From an uncultured virus (IMG/VR IMGVR_UViG_3300036770_002685) (taxonomy: Duplodnaviria > Heunggongvirae > Uroviricota > Caudoviricetes): a stretch of 64,000 nucleotides of DNA. The notes under the pieces were generated by a model. That model saw only the letters and a program-made list of their open reading frames with translations. It ran no database searches and was not told where the DNA came from. The position numbers were made by a program, and so were the translations under genes. The stretch is from the IMG/VR virus record IMGVR_UViG_3300036770_002685. One strand, written 5' to 3'. This document shows positions 37,799-45,815 of the stretch, piece by piece (position 1 is the stretch's first letter; the number at the start of each line of letters is the position of its first letter).

Positions 37799-38184
37799 CC
37801 ATCGTGTTCACAAACGGATGTTTTGACATCTTGCATCGTGGGCATGTGGAGTATTTAAAAGCATCAAGACAGCTTGGGGATAGGCTAATTGTCGGGGTGA
37901 ATTCCGACAGTTCGGTACGGCGGCTAAAGGGTAAAGAAAGACCGTTTAACACGGTTGATGACCGAGTCGCCGTGCTGAAGGCACTGCGTTTTGTAGACCA
38001 AGTTGAGGTTTTTGAAGAAGACACGCCACTGCGCCTAATAGAGCAAATTAAGCCAGACATCATTACAAAGGGAGGGGACTACGAAGAGAGAGACGTAGTC
38101 GGATATGGGATTTCTAAAGTTGTAATAGTCCCATTTTTAAGCGGATACTCAACAACAGGAATTTTGCAAAATGGAAAAAGCTAA
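37795..38184 (+). CDS. hldC: Heptose-1-phosphate nucleotidyltransferase (HldE domain II)
   Basis: FTNGCFDILHRGH, GVNSDSSVRRLKG, KGGDY, GYSTT. Confidence 0.9.
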   Translation: MTIVFTNGCFDILHRGHVEYLKASRQLGDRLIVGVNSDSSVRRLKGKERPFNTVDDRVAVLKALRFVDQVEVFEEDTPLRLIEQIKPDIITKGGDYEERDVVGYGISKVVIVPFLSGYSTTGILQNGKS

Positions 38185-38533
38185 AAAAGAAATAGTGCAA
38201 AAAGGCTGGGGGCATGAAGAGATATGGGCTAGTACCTACGGGTACGCCGCAAAGATTTTGCACTTTAAAGAAGGCGCAAAGTTCTCAATGCACATGCACA
38301 AGGTTAAAGATGAGACTTGGTATGTGTTAAATGGCACGTTTCGATTAGTTGTTATTGATACCAAAAACGCCAAGCATGAAGAAATCATCCTAAACGCTGG
38401 AGACGTCTGGCGAAATCATCCTATGGTGCCACACCAATTGTTTTGCTTAGAAGAGGGCAAGATTATTGAGGCATCTACAGCGGATTCGGTTGAGGATAAC
38501 TACAGGGTCTTGCCGGGGGATAGCCAGCTATGA
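38171..38533 (+). CDS. Cupin, sugar-isomerase-like
   Basis: KGWGHE, SMHMHKVKDETWYV, PHQL metal-binding motif. Confidence 0.75.
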   Translation: MEKAKKEIVQKGWGHEEIWASTYGYAAKILHFKEGAKFSMHMHKVKDETWYVLNGTFRLVVIDTKNAKHEEIILNAGDVWRNHPMVPHQLFCLEEGKIIEASTADSVEDNYRVLPGDSQL

Positions 38534-39267
38534 AAGCGTTGGTGATTGGCGATGGGTGTATTGATGAGTACCGCTATGGCTCAATCAACAGGGTAAACCC
38601 AGAGGCTCCAGTTCCGCTATTGAACTTTACGCACTCCGAGTCTCGGTTGGGCATGGCCTATAACGTCGCTGCTAACTTGGCGGCGTTTGACGTAAAGGTT
38701 GAAACAAATATCCCATCTGAACAATTATCTAAAAAGATTAGATACGTAGATGGTAAGTCTGGTCGGATGCTGATGCGAGTGGATGAGGATGTAAAACCAC
38801 AATCGCTCAGGCATAACGACTACTCAGCCTACGACTTTATTGTTATTTCTGACTACGACAAGGGCTTTTTGTCTTACGAAGACATTCACCAGATACGACA
38901 AAAATTTGATGGCTTAATCTACCTCGACACCAAGAAAAAGTCTCTCTCAAAGTTCAAAGACATTTACATAAAGATTAACAGCGTTGAGTTTCTATCGTTG
39001 GAGTCTAGCCCAGATTTTGAGAACTTGATTGTCACGAATGGGCAGCATGGCTGTTTGCACATGGGTTTGCGGTATGCCGCATCAAAGTCGGATGTCATTG
39101 ATGTCTGCGGCGCTGGAGATACATTTTTGGCGGCATTTGCTTATACCCATTTCAAGACGAGAGACATGAAGCAGGCTTTAGAGATGGCAAATAAATGCGC
39201 TGGGATAGCTTGTTGTCATTTAGGCGTTTACGCTTTGACTAAAGAGGATGTTGAGTGCGTATTCTGA
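38530..39267 (+). CDS. hldA: Heptose-7-phosphate kinase (HldE domain I, PfkB family)
   Basis: RVNPEAPVP, NVAANL, ISDYDKG, DVCGAGDTF. Confidence 0.88.
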   Translation: MKALVIGDGCIDEYRYGSINRVNPEAPVPLLNFTHSESRLGMAYNVAANLAAFDVKVETNIPSEQLSKKIRYVDGKSGRMLMRVDEDVKPQSLRHNDYSAYDFIVISDYDKGFLSYEDIHQIRQKFDGLIYLDTKKKSLSKFKDIYIKINSVEFLSLESSPDFENLIVTNGQHGCLHMGLRYAASKSDVIDVCGAGDTFLAAFAYTHFKTRDMKQALEMANKCAGIACCHLGVYALTKEDVECVF

Positions 39268-40034
39268 TAACAGGCCACAAAGGATTCATTGGTCAAAACA
39301 TGGTCAAGGCTTTGGAAGACCATGACTTGTCTTTGTGTGAGCGCGACGATGGGTACAGCTTAGAGGGTGTGGACAGGGTTATCCACTTAGGCGCTATATC
39401 TGACACTACGTGCGATGACTGGGAGGCATTGAGTTACTACAACTGCGAGTTTTCTAAGGTTCTTATTGACCGCTGCCAAACCTTTGGAATTCCTTTGCAG
39501 ATTGCGAGTTCGGCTTCTGTGTATGGGATTGATAACACAACTTTCCGAGAAGGCGATGTCTGCAAACCAGCGAACTTGTATGCCAAATCCAAGCTGTTGA
39601 TTGAGGAGTACGTTAGAGGGTTAGATGTAAAGGCACCAGTTCAATTGTTTAGGTACTTTAATGTTTATGGGCCTCATGAAGACCATAAGGGGAATCAAGC
39701 GTCGCCTTTCCATAAATTTGAGCAGCAGGCTAAATCTGGTGTGATTACTGTATTTGAAAACAGCGGAAGTTACCGGCGAGACTTTATCCATGTGGAAGAG
39801 ATCATTCGCCTACACAAGCGGTTTTTTGAAATCAATGAGTCTGGGGTATGGAACTTTGGCACGGGTAAGACACTTAGCTTTTTGGAAATAGCTGAGACGT
39901 TTGCCAACAAATACAGCGCCGTTATTAAAGAAATACCGATGCCTCAAAACTTAGCAAATAAGTATCAAAAATACACGAAAGCTGCTTTGTCTAAATTGGA
40001 AAAAACTTTTGATAATGAAGCACTTACATTATGA
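39255..40034 (+). CDS. hldD: ADP-L-glycero-D-manno-heptose 6-epimerase
   Basis: TGHKGFIG, HLGAISDT, YAKSK, RYFNVYGPHEDHKG, RDFIHV. Confidence 0.87.
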   Translation: MRILITGHKGFIGQNMVKALEDHDLSLCERDDGYSLEGVDRVIHLGAISDTTCDDWEALSYYNCEFSKVLIDRCQTFGIPLQIASSASVYGIDNTTFREGDVCKPANLYAKSKLLIEEYVRGLDVKAPVQLFRYFNVYGPHEDHKGNQASPFHKFEQQAKSGVITVFENSGSYRRDFIHVEEIIRLHKRFFEINESGVWNFGTGKTLSFLEIAETFANKYSAVIKEIPMPQNLANKYQKYTKAALSKLEKTFDNEALTL

Positions 40035-40072
40035 TATTGACGTAAAAGGTCTTTAACGCATAGACATGTACT

Positions 40073-40759
40073 GTGGACCCATTAACGCTTTTAGCCGCTG
40101 CCAATGCTGCTGTCGCGGCTGTAAAGAAAGGATGCCAGCTTTACAAAGAGATCAAGGGCGCAGCGGGTGACGTCAAAGACGTGCTGGATGACCTAAAAGA
40201 GCAGTACAACAAGATTGTTGATCCGACGCCGGTGCAGAAGCAGCAGTACCACGCCGAAGTGCAGCGGGTGCAGGAGATAGCGAAGTCCGATCCCAACGAT
40301 GTTTACACCCAAATTGGAGATCAGTTAGGTGTATTGATGGATAGCTATGATGCGTTGAGTAAGGCGTTACTGGCAGAACAGATGGAAGGCAGCAAGGTAT
40401 ACAAAGGTGACGAGAGTATTGGTAGACGGGCACTGCGGCGCATTATCATAACGACGAGACTAGATGCGATGTTGGCTGAGATACGCGAAACCATGGTGTA
40501 TAGGGCTCCGCCGGAATTGGGCTCACTTTGGAGCAAGTTCGAAGACATGTGGCAGACCATCGTCAAAGAACAAGATGCAGCACATGCCGAGGAACTTAGA
40601 CTGATACAAATCGCAAGATGGCGACGCAGAAAAAGAATAGCGGAAATCAGGGCAAAACTAACGTGGATTTCAGCCGTGGTTTTCGTAGTAGCGTGGGCAG
40701 TGGGGCTGATGTGGCTGACAACAAAAAGCGCGATGATGAAAACGTCCCTTGGTCATTGA
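40073..40759 (+). CDS. Helical membrane-anchored hypothetical protein
   Basis: MDPLTLLAAA N-terminus; C-terminal TM. Confidence 0.7.
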   Translation: MDPLTLLAAANAAVAAVKKGCQLYKEIKGAAGDVKDVLDDLKEQYNKIVDPTPVQKQQYHAEVQRVQEIAKSDPNDVYTQIGDQLGVLMDSYDALSKALLAEQMEGSKVYKGDESIGRRALRRIIITTRLDAMLAEIRETMVYRAPPELGSLWSKFEDMWQTIVKEQDAAHAEELRLIQIARWRRRKRIAEIRAKLTWISAVVFVVAWAVGLMWLTTKSAMMKTSLGH

Positions 40760-40923
40760 TTGTGGTGGTGATGGCTGTCTTATTAATGTTCTTCATCATC
40801 ATGCCTGTCTTGGCGTTTATGTATTACGACATGTACCACGCGACGCAGGCAGCGGTGCACGAGATCAGAAAGATGAAGGAACTCCGCAAGGAAATACAGA
40901 TTGAAAGGATGTATGGGAAATGA
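40618..40923 (+). CDS. Small membrane protein (start uncertain)
   Basis: Long hydrophobic helix; ATGA coupling to the endolysin. Confidence 0.5.
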   Translation: MATQKKNSGNQGKTNVDFSRGFRSSVGSGADVADNKKRDDENVPWSLIVVVMAVLLMFFIIMPVLAFMYYDMYHATQAAVHEIRKMKELRKEIQIERMYGK

Positions 40924-41573
40924 TTACCCTTGCGCAGTTTAAGAAGTTTGCCCCCAACAGCAAGTACCAACAGCAGTGGTATGACACGTTGTTTGGTCCA
41001 CAGACCGAGCTACGTGGCAAATCACTTTTGCAAGAGTACGAGATCAATACCCCAAAGCGTATTGCTGCGTTTTTGGCGCAATGTGCGCATGAGTCCGGCG
41101 GGTTCGTCTTTGTCACGGAGAACCTAAACTACAGCGCCTCTGGCCTGATGCGCGTCTTCCCGAAGTATTTCCCTGATATGGCAACCGCCAAGCAATACGA
41201 GCGCAATCCGCAGAAGATTGCGAGCCGTGTTTATGCCAATCGCATGGGCAACGACAACGAGAACAGCCTAGAGGGCTGGAAATTTCGCGGACGCGGGATT
41301 TTGCAGCTGACCGGCAAGGACAACTATTTTTGGTTTGCAGCTTCACTTGAGATCACGCCCGAACAAGCGGCAGAGTACCTTGAGACGTTTGAAGGTGCAG
41401 CGCAATCGGCTTGTTGGTTCTGGGAGACGAACAAACTAAATGCGCTGGCTGACGCGGGGGACATCCGGGCGATGACCAAGCGCATCAACGGCGGGTTCAT
41501 TGGATTAGCAGATAGGGAGCATCACTATGAGATGGCGCTTAATATGTTTGGTTCTGATACTCGGATGGCTTAA
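40920..41573 (+). CDS. Endolysin, glycoside hydrolase family 19
   Basis: FLAQCAHESGGF, ENLNYS, FRGRGILQLTGKDNY, TKRINGG. Confidence 0.92.
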   Translation: MITLAQFKKFAPNSKYQQQWYDTLFGPQTELRGKSLLQEYEINTPKRIAAFLAQCAHESGGFVFVTENLNYSASGLMRVFPKYFPDMATAKQYERNPQKIASRVYANRMGNDNENSLEGWKFRGRGILQLTGKDNYFWFAASLEITPEQAAEYLETFEGAAQSACWFWETNKLNALADAGDIRAMTKRINGGFIGLADREHHYEMALNMFGSDTRMA

Positions 41574-41769
41574 CGGATGTGACCGGTTTAGGTATCCTTG
41601 TCAAGACCCCGATAATTGGGAAAAGAAAGAATGCAAACGGCCCTACTGTAGTAGCACTGGAACTTGTCCGGATCAGTTAACAAAGCCAGAGGAAATTAAG
41701 GATGAATCCCCTAAAATTGATCAGTCAGTTTCTTGCCCTCAGTCAGGAACAGCACGATGCGGTAATTAA
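41527..41769 (+). CDS. Cys-rich lipoprotein
   Basis: Signal peptide with lipobox LNGC; GGGAG RBS. Confidence 0.6.
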   Translation: MRWRLICLVLILGWLNGCDRFRYPCQDPDNWEKKECKRPYCSSTGTCPDQLTKPEEIKDESPKIDQSVSCPQSGTARCGN

Positions 41770-42175
41770 GTTTTGCATTGCGGTCACGTTCTGCTGCACC
41801 GTCATCATTATGGTCGGGGTATCACTTTATAGTGTCGTTTTTGTAACACAGCCGATGACGGGGATGGCCCCTGCGGACAAACAGTTCTTCCTGATTTTGT
41901 CCGATATGTCCAAATACATACTTGGTAGTTTGGCAACACTGTTGGCGGTCAAGGGCAAGGATGCACTGCCACAGTTTATCCCGCCTAACCTCTCTACTAA
42001 AGAGGAGCGTGAGGACAAGCCAACGCCGCCACCACCCAAGGCACCCGCAGCGCCACAAGCGCCCATAGCCCGCATGGAACCAACGATTGACCCAATTAGT
42101 TCTGCCCCGCCAGTAGCTACAGGTTACGGCGGTAAGCCTGCGCCTGTTCAACCCCCTCATCCGGAGATCACATGA
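41702..42175 (+). CDS. Holin-like membrane protein with a Pro-rich tail
   Basis: Two hydrophobic segments; lysis cassette position. Confidence 0.5.
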   Translation: MNPLKLISQFLALSQEQHDAVIKFCIAVTFCCTVIIMVGVSLYSVVFVTQPMTGMAPADKQFFLILSDMSKYILGSLATLLAVKGKDALPQFIPPNLSTKEEREDKPTPPPPKAPAAPQAPIARMEPTIDPISSAPPVATGYGGKPAPVQPPHPEIT

Positions 42176-42360
42176 AACTACTTGGCCTAAGAATGCTTGT
42201 TACTGTTTTAGCAAGCGCAGCGCTTGTTTTTCAAATTCATGCTGCTGAAACGAAGAAGGTGTGTCACGCTGAGAAGGACAAAACTGGCAAAGAGAAGCAG
42301 GTTTGCCGGGAGGTCAAGGTTCATAAGAAACTGGACGGGACCAAGGTGCCGCCAAAATGA
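42172..42360 (+). CDS. Small exported basic protein
   Basis: Signal peptide, two Cys; coupled on both sides. Confidence 0.6.
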   Translation: MKLLGLRMLVTVLASAALVFQIHAAETKKVCHAEKDKTGKEKQVCREVKVHKKLDGTKVPPK

Positions 42361-42815
42361 ATCCGTGGCTGATACTCGCCTTCGTCTTAGCTGTTGGCGC
42401 AGCGGCTGGGGGCGGGTATTATAAAGGCAATTCTGCCGGTAAAGCCGAGGTCCAGCAAGAGTGGGACAAGGAGAAAACCGAGCAGTACGCGGCCTATGCC
42501 AAGGGGCAGGAGGAAGCACGTCAGCGCGAACAGGCATTGCAAGCCAGTGCGGACAAGTTGCGGAGGGAAAAGGATGCTGAGGTCAGGAATATTAATGCTC
42601 GCGCTACCGCTCTTGCTAACAGCTTGCGCGAGCGTCAGACCCGCCCCGCCGATGCAGATTCCGTGTCCAGTGCCGCCAGTGCTGGATCAGGTGCCTGTAC
42701 CGGAAAGAACCTTTACCGAGAGGATGGGGAGTTTCTTGTCAGGATCGCTAGAGAAGCCGACGAACTCCGAGCCGCCCTCCAGCAGTGCTACAAACAATAC
42801 CAAGCAATAAGGTGA
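42357..42815 (+). CDS. rz: Inner-membrane spanin (Rz-like)
   Basis: N-terminal TM, coiled coil, EADEL..AL.QC C-terminus. Confidence 0.8.
   Translation: MNPWLILAFVLAVGAAAGGGYYKGNSAGKAEVQQEWDKEKTEQYAAYAKGQEEARQREQALQASADKLRREKDAEVRNINARATALANSLRERQTRPADADSVSSAASAGSGACTGKNLYREDGEFLVRIAREADELRAALQQCYKQYQAIR
42574..42810 (+). CDS. rz1: Outer-membrane spanin (Rz1-like), embedded in rz in the +1 frame
   Basis: GGAGG RBS; MLRSGILMLALPLLLTAC lipobox; Pro-rich. Confidence 0.8.
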   Translation: MLRSGILMLALPLLLTACASVRPAPPMQIPCPVPPVLDQVPVPERTFTERMGSFLSGSLEKPTNSEPPSSSATNNTKQ

Positions 42816-42818
42816 GAA

Positions 42819-44681
42819 ATGGCCTACTTCAGACTAGCGCTAAAGCCGGGTATCGATAAACAAAATACTGAATACGGCGCAGAGGGCGGATGGATCGATG
42901 GCGATTACATCCGCTTTCGCTATGGGCTACCGGAAAAACTGGGGGGCTGGACGCCTTTTTCTGAGAACCAAGCTTACCTAGTCGGTTTATCCAGTGAGGT
43001 TTTCACATGGAATGATTTAGCGGGGTCTCCGCATGTCATGGTTGGAACGACCCGTAAGCTGTATTCGTTCTATGGTGGGAACTGGTCAGATGTCACGCCG
43101 ATTCGTGCGACAACTTCCGCAGGAGATGTCACGTTTGCGGCTACCGCAGGCAGCGACATCGTCACCGTTACAGATGCTTCCCATGGCGCGATCACGGGGG
43201 ACTTTGTCACTTTCAGTGGCGCAGTTTCGTTAGGCGGTAACGTCACCGCGACCTATCTAAACGCAGAGTTTGAGATACAACAGGTTCTCAGTGCTAATAC
43301 CTACACGATTCAAGTAGGTGTGACGGCCTCTGCCGGGGATTCGGGTGACGGAGGCGCTTCGGTTGTAGGAGCCTATCAAATTAACATTGGCATCGACGTC
43401 AGCTATTTTGATTTTGGCTGGGGCACAGGTACGTGGGGGGCTTCTACATGGGGAACACCACGTCCTGCTTCGTCTGCACTAAGCTTAATCTCGCGCGTCT
43501 GGCAGTTTGATAATTTCGGGGAGGACGTTATCTGCCAACTGGTAGATGGCGGCATTTACCTCTTCGACACTTCTGCTCCCACTTCTCGCGCAACCGCTAT
43601 TTCTGGCGCGCCTACCAAGAGTAAATACGCGTTGGTGTCTACGCCGGATAGGCACTTAGTATGCTTTGGCACGGAGAGCACCATTGGATCGCCTGCCACG
43701 CAGGACCCGATGTTTGTGCGGTTTTCTAACCAAGAGGACATCAACACGTTTACGGAGAGCGCGACGAACACGGCGGGCGGTCAACGGTTGACGGATGGTA
43801 GCTCGATCATCACGGCGGTTCGTTCACGCGGTCAGATTCTTATCTTTACTGATACCTCTTTACACGGTATGCAGTACGTTGGGCCTCCTTATACGTTTGG
43901 CTTTCAACAGCTAGGAGCCAACTGCGGATGTGCCGCGCCTCACGCAGCAGCGGACGTCAATGGCGTGGCGTTTTGGATGGGAACAGAAGCGTTTTACGTC
44001 TTCGACGGTACGGTTAAAAAGCTCCCCTGCACAGTACAAGACTACGTGTTCAAGGACGTTAATTTTGTACAAAGAGAGAAGTTCCACGTCGGCGTTAACT
44101 CGCAGTTTAATGAAGTAACGTGGTGGTACTGCTCGGCAGATTCGGACTACATCAACCGCTTTGTCACCTTCAATTATCTTGAGAATGTCTGGTCCGTGGG
44201 CACGATGCCTCGCACGGCATGGGTGGATATTGGCACTTATCAAAAGCCGATTGCCACAACCTACCTGCCCACGAGCACTGCTGCGACGATCTCTACCATC
44301 TATGGTTTGACCGCAGGACGCGCACGTGTTTACTTCCAAGAAGACGGCGTGAACGGCGATGGCGACCCGATCACGTCGTACATCAAGTCGGGTTACTTTG
44401 ACATTGGCGACGGCGACAATATGATGTACATGCGCCGCTTCATCCCTGACTTTAAGAATCAGGTGGGCGATTTAACGGTGCATTTATTGTTGCGCGCCTA
44501 TCCGCAGTCAACGGCGGTTCCTAGCTCCTTGGACCCCTATGTAATCGCGCCGAACACGGAAAAGGTAGACACGCGCGCGCGTGGGCGGCAGATTAGTCTG
44601 CGGATTGAGAGTGACGAGGTGGATGACAACTGGCGGTACGGCACGTTACGTGTTGACATACAGCCGGATGGATTGAGATGA
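42819..44681 (+). CDS. Tail nozzle/DNA stabilisation protein (podovirus tail)
   Basis: 620 aa, beta-rich; DRHLVCFG, VRFSNQED, RARGRQ; precedes the internal proteins. Confidence 0.7.
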   Translation: MAYFRLALKPGIDKQNTEYGAEGGWIDGDYIRFRYGLPEKLGGWTPFSENQAYLVGLSSEVFTWNDLAGSPHVMVGTTRKLYSFYGGNWSDVTPIRATTSAGDVTFAATAGSDIVTVTDASHGAITGDFVTFSGAVSLGGNVTATYLNAEFEIQQVLSANTYTIQVGVTASAGDSGDGGASVVGAYQINIGIDVSYFDFGWGTGTWGASTWGTPRPASSALSLISRVWQFDNFGEDVICQLVDGGIYLFDTSAPTSRATAISGAPTKSKYALVSTPDRHLVCFGTESTIGSPATQDPMFVRFSNQEDINTFTESATNTAGGQRLTDGSSIITAVRSRGQILIFTDTSLHGMQYVGPPYTFGFQQLGANCGCAAPHAAADVNGVAFWMGTEAFYVFDGTVKKLPCTVQDYVFKDVNFVQREKFHVGVNSQFNEVTWWYCSADSDYINRFVTFNYLENVWSVGTMPRTAWVDIGTYQKPIATTYLPTSTAATISTIYGLTAGRARVYFQEDGVNGDGDPITSYIKSGYFDIGDGDNMMYMRRFIPDFKNQVGDLTVHLLLRAYPQSTAVPSSLDPYVIAPNTEKVDTRARGRQISLRIESDEVDDNWRYGTLRVDIQPDGLR

Positions 44682-45391
44682 GTAAGATCAATAACGTTCG
44701 TCTGCCTAACGCTGCGACACTGGCCTACAGCCCGGAGCAGTTTAACCAGCTTGTTCGCTCGCTGGAACAGATTGTTTTGCAGTTAAATTCTACGTATACA
44801 TCTACGTCGGATGAAAATATCGCCTCTGCACAAAGTTGGTTTGGCGGAACAGGTGGTGCGGGCGGCGGATTTGCAGGCGGGATTCGTGGCTTTCAGCTAT
44901 CCAATGGCATTTTGCTGCCATATGCCATGCTTATCTCAGAGAGTGATCAGTCAAATGCGGGTATTACCAGTGAAAATCTGATCAGCTACGACAGCCCTGC
45001 CGTATCTAACGGTATCCGAGTGGTGGATAACACGAAGATTTATGTGCCGTGTGCAGGGCAATACTTAGTGACTTTTACGCTTCAGGCCACTAATCGAGGC
45101 AACACGGCAGCGGAATTCGAAGTATGGGCCAAGGACACCGGAACAAATTTCCCCTCAAGTAACACTCGGTTTGATGTGCCCGTACGAAAAAGTGCTGAGG
45201 TCTGGGCGCACATTGTCCCTGCCGTAACAGGCATCTTCACTGTAACTGATCCCATCAACAACTATCTTGAATTGGCGTGGTGGTCCGATAGCCTTGATGT
45301 GTATTTAGAACATTATGCAGCGGGAACGAGTCCGACGCGACCAGCGATTCCTTCGGTAATTTTGACGATTAATTTCGTATCGGCAGGCTGA
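44678..45391 (+). CDS. Probable tail structural protein
   Basis: N-terminal helix, Gly linker, beta-sandwich-like C-terminus. Confidence 0.6.
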   Translation: MSKINNVRLPNAATLAYSPEQFNQLVRSLEQIVLQLNSTYTSTSDENIASAQSWFGGTGGAGGGFAGGIRGFQLSNGILLPYAMLISESDQSNAGITSENLISYDSPAVSNGIRVVDNTKIYVPCAGQYLVTFTLQATNRGNTAAEFEVWAKDTGTNFPSSNTRFDVPVRKSAEVWAHIVPAVTGIFTVTDPINNYLELAWWSDSLDVYLEHYAAGTSPTRPAIPSVILTINFVSAG

Positions 45392-45392
45392 G

Positions 45393-45725
45393 ATGGCAAA
45401 CAAGTACTTTAGGAAGTATTCGATCCCGAGTGCAACGACGGAAACGACGCTGTATACGGTGCCGGATGCCAATACGGCGGTCGTGTCGTCCTTACGAATT
45501 ACTAATGGCAATGCAAGCAATGCCACGGTTACCGTCTCTGTGTATGCACTGGGCGAAGCAACGGAATACTTTGTTTTAAAGGGCTACAGCCTGCCGACAA
45601 ATGCCACGATGGACGTTTTCTCAGGGGTGCCGCTCGTATTGGAAGCCACAGATGTGCTCAAAATTGAATCGTCCGTAGCGACAGTTCATTTCTATTTGAG
45701 CTATCTTGAGATGGACAGAAACTAA
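45393..45725 (+). CDS. Probable virion protein
   Basis: TTLYTVP...LVLEATDVLKI. Confidence 0.65.
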   Translation: MANKYFRKYSIPSATTETTLYTVPDANTAVVSSLRITNGNASNATVTVSVYALGEATEYFVLKGYSLPTNATMDVFSGVPLVLEATDVLKIESSVATVHFYLSYLEMDRN

Positions 45726-45744
45726 TGAATTACCACATAATTAC

Positions 45745-45811
45745 TGGCAATTTCGCGTCCTTTCCCGGCGCGCGACCCCGCCTGAGGGTCTATTGCCAAT
45801 CTGGAAAGGAC
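45745..45811 (+). ncRNA. Candidate cis-regulatory RNA that sequesters an RBS
   Basis: TGGCAAT/ATTGCCA outer stem, two inner hairpins; GTCCTTTCC complementary to GGAAAGGAC. Confidence 0.55.
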
Positions 45812-45815
45812 TATC

